Source: Macrostomum hystrix
Taxonomy: Eukaryota; Animalia; Platyhelminthes
Direction: 5' to 3'
Assembly (NCBI GenBank): GCA_950097015.1
Contig: CATNEN010000007.1
Coordinates: 4,154,001-4,218,000, forward strand
DNA length: 64,000 nucleotides
Shown here: positions 60,195 through 64,000 of the stretch, in pieces
Numbering within the stretch: the stretch's first letter is position 1
Layout of the letters: each line of letters opens with the position of its first letter
Translations under genes and position numbers: made by a program
Notes under the pieces: model-generated
The model's database searches: none
The model's input: only the letters and a program-made list of their open reading frames with translations
What the model was told of the DNA's origin: nothing

Positions 60195-60264
60195 GATGCT
60201 ATCGCTGTAATGCAAAGCCAGCATGCTTTAGCTTAATTAGGCACTCTTCAAAACTTCACCCACC

Positions 60265-60430
60265 TGTTAGAGCTGCACGACTTCTGACCCAGAGGTCGAG
60301 AGTTTGAATCGTAGTCCAAGGAAAGCTAACTGTTCATGAGCAAGACACTTAATTCCTTCAGTTCACCTAGTTAAAACAATGCATTAGCATTAGCTGCATT
60401 AGCTGGGACAGAAATTCGGACTGAGTAGCC
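60265..60430 (+). mobile_element. SINE-like element related to 22357-22560
   Basis: GAGTTTGAATC (B-box-like) followed by GAGCAAGACACTTAATTCCTTCAGTTCACCTAG. Confidence 0.5.
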
Positions 60431-62044
60431 ACACAAGCAATAGCTGGGGCTGTGCATCCAGTGCAGCTGGCCTAGGTATAAGTTCTTTGATTTCTTCCAT
60501 CTGTTGTTCAGAGTTGAAGCTGGGGTTAGTAAACACTAAAACTTGTAAGTTATAATAAAAAATGTAATACTTATTTGGATGGGAAATAAAATATATGCAA
60601 AGGCCCCTATATAACTATATAATATATAGGCCTATTTCTAAATGTCATGCAAACAATAGTAAGTACTTAATATATATAGGTGTAGGATGATATCCAAAAA
60701 TATAAGTTACAAAATTCTTTACTATAAAACAATGTAAACTATAATTTATATATAATTACTGAATCTAAATATAACTTTGTTCAATCATAAAATATACAAC
60801 TGCCTTTTTCAATTTCAAACTAAGTGTTGGAATAAAAAAATTATTTGTTTAATAGCTACATTGGTTCATATATAGGCCTATGTATATAAAGTAAAGTTGA
60901 ATTTCATTTTAACAGAGTTGCTTATATTAAGTATAAATAAATAGGCCATATTTATGGGCCTACAGTTTGTGTTATACTGTATATAAGGGTGTAGGTCATT
61001 TTTATCAAAACATCTAAAATGTTTTATATCCCTTTCATTAATATGGTTTGCTTTTAATTGGCTAGGGCCAAAAGAAATAAAAGCTGTCTACTGCAGAATA
61101 GCCGAGAAACAAGCATTGCTAAATTGGAAAAGCATGAACTGGATGGTATTTTCAAACTTGGAAAATATACCACAAGATTGGTAGGCATTTGACAAAATCT
61201 AATAATTTTCTATAAATCTATGTTTGGAAAAATTATAAAGGACACTGGACAGATTAAAATGCTCACTCAGGCAGGCCTATGCCTAGCTATCAGCTTAATT
61301 AAAAAGTTCTGAGTTAGCTTCAAGCCTCAGGCTTGGCCAGCAATCCTGCAGTTCTCTGCTTTTTCAGTTATTTTATTGCCATTATTAGTCAATCACCAAC
61401 CAGTAGACCACCACCTATCAGCAACTAGCTAATCATGTTACTGTGAATCACTTTGTTAACTTTTTCAACCCCAATTATGCCACAATACAATACATCGAGG
61501 GCACATGGGCCAACTACAAAGCAAAGTACTAGTACCTGGCCATGCATGCCATAGTAGATGGCCTATTTGAGAAATACCAACAGGAGTTCCTCTGGTGCCA
61601 ACTATTTCCAGCTAGAGAAAAAGTTGCAAAACATTTTGTTCCTGATTTGGCATTTTTATGTTTTAAATTTGAGTACAGTGACACTTTACTTTCATTAGGC
61701 TTAACTTTATTGCTAAGGGGATTAAATATTCGAAAAACTGTTTAATGCATTCAATCAGAGCTAGTTTTGTCAACGTGCATACCACTGCCAATTTTAATGA
61801 TTGTATCATGGCCAGTTTTGTTAAAAGTGAGTACACAGATAAGAATTTCAATGTGTCAAATGTACATAGCTGTGTCAACCCCACTGGCAAGACAGTGCGA
61901 ATTTATAAATATATTACATCACAGCTTTTCTCACCTGTGTGTGTGTTTGATTTAAATAGGTAAAATATGCATAGCAGACTTCAATTCAACTATATATTGC
62001 TCAATACTAGCGAGACATATACTCCGTTCTTACTACAACATATA

Positions 62045-63344
62045 TGAGGGTCAGTCAAAAAGTAATGATAATACTGTTGTAATTCCTAAATATATGGTGC
62101 ATCGAAGTGAAACTGGTTTCATTTGAAAAATAGTCTTTTCCTCTTTATTTAATAGAATTTTGGTCACTCTAGAATGATATATGTCTGCTTGGTGAAGCTC
62201 TAAACACAGTATACCCCCTTCAGCCATGGAAAATTCAAAAATTGAAGCTCGCATCAATGCAAAGTTTCTAGTGAAACTTGGCTGGAAGCCAGCCGACATT
62301 ATCGAGGCCTTCAAGAAGGTCTATGGTGATACTGCGCCATCTGATCCGACGCTTTACCGCTGGATTCAAGCCTTTAAGGAAGGCCGAGAATCCGTGGAAG
62401 ATGCCCAGCGGTCTGGCAGGCCAACAACATCGAGCACAGAGGACAATGTGGCGGCTGTGCAGCAGCTGATTGATCAGGATTGCCGTGTGACTATCGATGA
62501 GATAGCTGAGGTAGTGGGTATCTCTCATGGCAGTGCCCACTCGATTGTCACCATCAGCCTTGGTCTGAGCAAGCTGAGTGCCCGCTGGGTACTGCGGCTG
62601 TTGCGGCCTGAACACCGGGTTCAGCGCACTGAATGTGCCATCAGCCTGCTGAACCGCCTGGACGCCAACTCCGAAGACTTCTACCAGCGATTGGTGACCG
62701 GCGATGAAACATGGATATATCAGTACGATCCCGAGTCCAAAGTCCAGTCTAAGGAGTGGCTGCCACGTGGTTCAGCGGGTCCCAAGAAGTTCCGTGCCGA
62801 GCGGTCAGCAGCGAAGGTCTTTGCGACTGTGTTCTGGGATGCTGACGGAGTTGTGATGGTTGACTTCCTAGAAAGCCAGAAAACCATCAACGCCATCTAC
62901 TACGAGTCGCTTTTGCGAAAGCTCCGCACCGAACTGGCCAAAAAGCGACCTGGCAAGCTGCACCGTGGAGTGCTCTTCCACCACGACAATGCACCAGCCC
63001 ACACTTCTCGACTGTGCCGGGAGGCTCTGCGAGATTTCCGCTGGGAAATACTTCAGCATCCTCCGTACAGCCCTGATTTGGCTCCTTCAGACTTTTTTTT
63101 GTTTCCAAAGCTGAAGGAGGCGATCAAGGGAGTTCGACATGACAGCAAGGAGGCTGCCAAGAAGGCTACCGTACAGTGGCTTGCTGCGCAGCCTCCTGCC
63201 TTCTACATGAATGGCCTGGAGAGATGGCGACACCGCATGGAGAAGTGTCTGACCCTGGAGGGGGATTATGTAGAAAAGTAGATTTGTGCGTGAAGCTTGA
63301 AGCTCGTGACAATAATATTATCATTACTTTTTGACTGACCCTCG
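62045..63344 (+). mobile_element. Full-length mariner transposon (1300 bp), 36-bp TIRs, TA duplication
   Basis: TA|TGAGGGTCAGTCAAAAAGTAATGATAATACTGTTGT ... ACAATAATATTATCATTACTTTTTGACTGACCCTCG|TA, with 3 mismatches between the TIRs. Confidence 0.96.
62226..63281 (+). CDS. Mariner transposase, DD34D, 351 aa, uninterrupted
   Basis: Two HTH regions, SARWVLRLL linker, LVTGDETW, FHHDNAPAHT, HPPYSPDLAPSDFFLF. 34 residues between the second and third Asp. Confidence 0.95.
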   Translation: MENSKIEARINAKFLVKLGWKPADIIEAFKKVYGDTAPSDPTLYRWIQAFKEGRESVEDAQRSGRPTTSSTEDNVAAVQQLIDQDCRVTIDEIAEVVGISHGSAHSIVTISLGLSKLSARWVLRLLRPEHRVQRTECAISLLNRLDANSEDFYQRLVTGDETWIYQYDPESKVQSKEWLPRGSAGPKKFRAERSAAKVFATVFWDADGVVMVDFLESQKTINAIYYESLLRKLRTELAKKRPGKLHRGVLFHHDNAPAHTSRLCREALRDFRWEILQHPPYSPDLAPSDFFLFPKLKEAIKGVRHDSKEAAKKATVQWLAAQPPAFYMNGLERWRHRMEKCLTLEGDYVEK

Positions 63345-63389
63345 TATATAAATCATCAACCTCATCTCTATATTTCAATCAAGAAAAGT

Positions 63390-63885
63390 GTCCAACAGTT
63401 TTTAAAATGTGTCTAACAGTTTTTTAATATTTTTAACAGTTTTCTAAATGTGTTAAACAGTTTTCTAAATGTATTTAACAGGTTTCTAGATGTGTTAAAC
63501 AGGTTTCTAGATGTGTTTAACAGGTTTCTAGATGTGTTTCACAGGTTTCTAAATGTGTTTAACAGTTTTCTGAATGAGTCTAATGGGTTTCTAAATTTGT
63601 TTAATATAGTTATGTAAATGTGTTTAACAGTTTTCTAAAAGTGTTTGACAGGTTTCTAAAAGTGTTTTAGCAGTTTTCAAAATTTGGTTAACAGTTTTCT
63701 AAGTGTGTTTAATAGTTTTCTAAATGTGTTACACAGGTTTCTAAATGTGTTTATCAGTTTTCTAAATGTGTTAAACAGTTTTCTAAATGTGTTAAATAGA
63801 TTTTTAAGGTGTAAATAGTTTTTGTAAATGTGTCCAAGAGTTTTCTAATGTGTTAAACAGTTTTTTAAATGTGTTTAATAATTTT
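63390..63885. repeat. Degenerate AT-rich ~21-bp repeat (AACAGTTTTCTAAATGTGTTT)
   Basis: Loose tandem copies. Confidence 0.75.
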
Positions 63886-64000
63886 CCAAATGATCCCAAA
63901 AGTTTCCCCACTTTTGTAAATGCGTCTAAAAATTTTTTAATTCATTTATTGGTTAAAAATTGTTATTTGATGCTGGGGGAAATTAGTTCTCTGCTGCAGG

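Noticed and set aside
59808-60224. 138-aa N-extended RPL22 from the ORF track
   Set aside because: The extra 10 codons overlap the splice acceptor region; the ATG at 60194 gives the normal basic N-terminus.

Overview
Eukaryotic (metazoan) genomic DNA. GT-AG spliced genes, GC-rich exons and dozens of unrelated 11-48 bp minisatellites point to a flatworm such as Macrostomum (inference, not verified). Protein genes: a class A GPCR first exon (-), an 8-exon UBE4A (-) with no start codon of its own, an intronless LSM14 (-) about 0.9 kb upstream of it on the same strand, an N-truncated ANKAR-like ankyrin/ARM gene (+), a GT92-family glycosyltransferase (+), RPL22 (-), degraded ABCA transporter fragments on both sides of ANKAR/GT92, and a poorly defined coiled-coil gene near 55.6-58.1 kb. 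Mobile DNA: an intact DD34D mariner, a defective Tc1/IS630-like element with an amplified right TIR, a LINE RNase H remnant whose C-terminal coding tail has become a 39-bp minisatellite, a CsRn1-like Gypsy remnant whose RT/RNase H region is replaced by an intron-containing Crypton tyrosine recombinase, an LTR-like remnant with two PBS copies, and four tRNA-derived SINE-like heads. Leading hypotheses: (1) LSM14-UBE4A is a spliced-leader operon in which the SL-terminal AUG supplies the UBE4A start codon; (2) a Gypsy/Crypton chimera. Most long ORFs in the supplied track are artefacts of tandem repeats. Family assignments come from remembered motifs, not from database searches.
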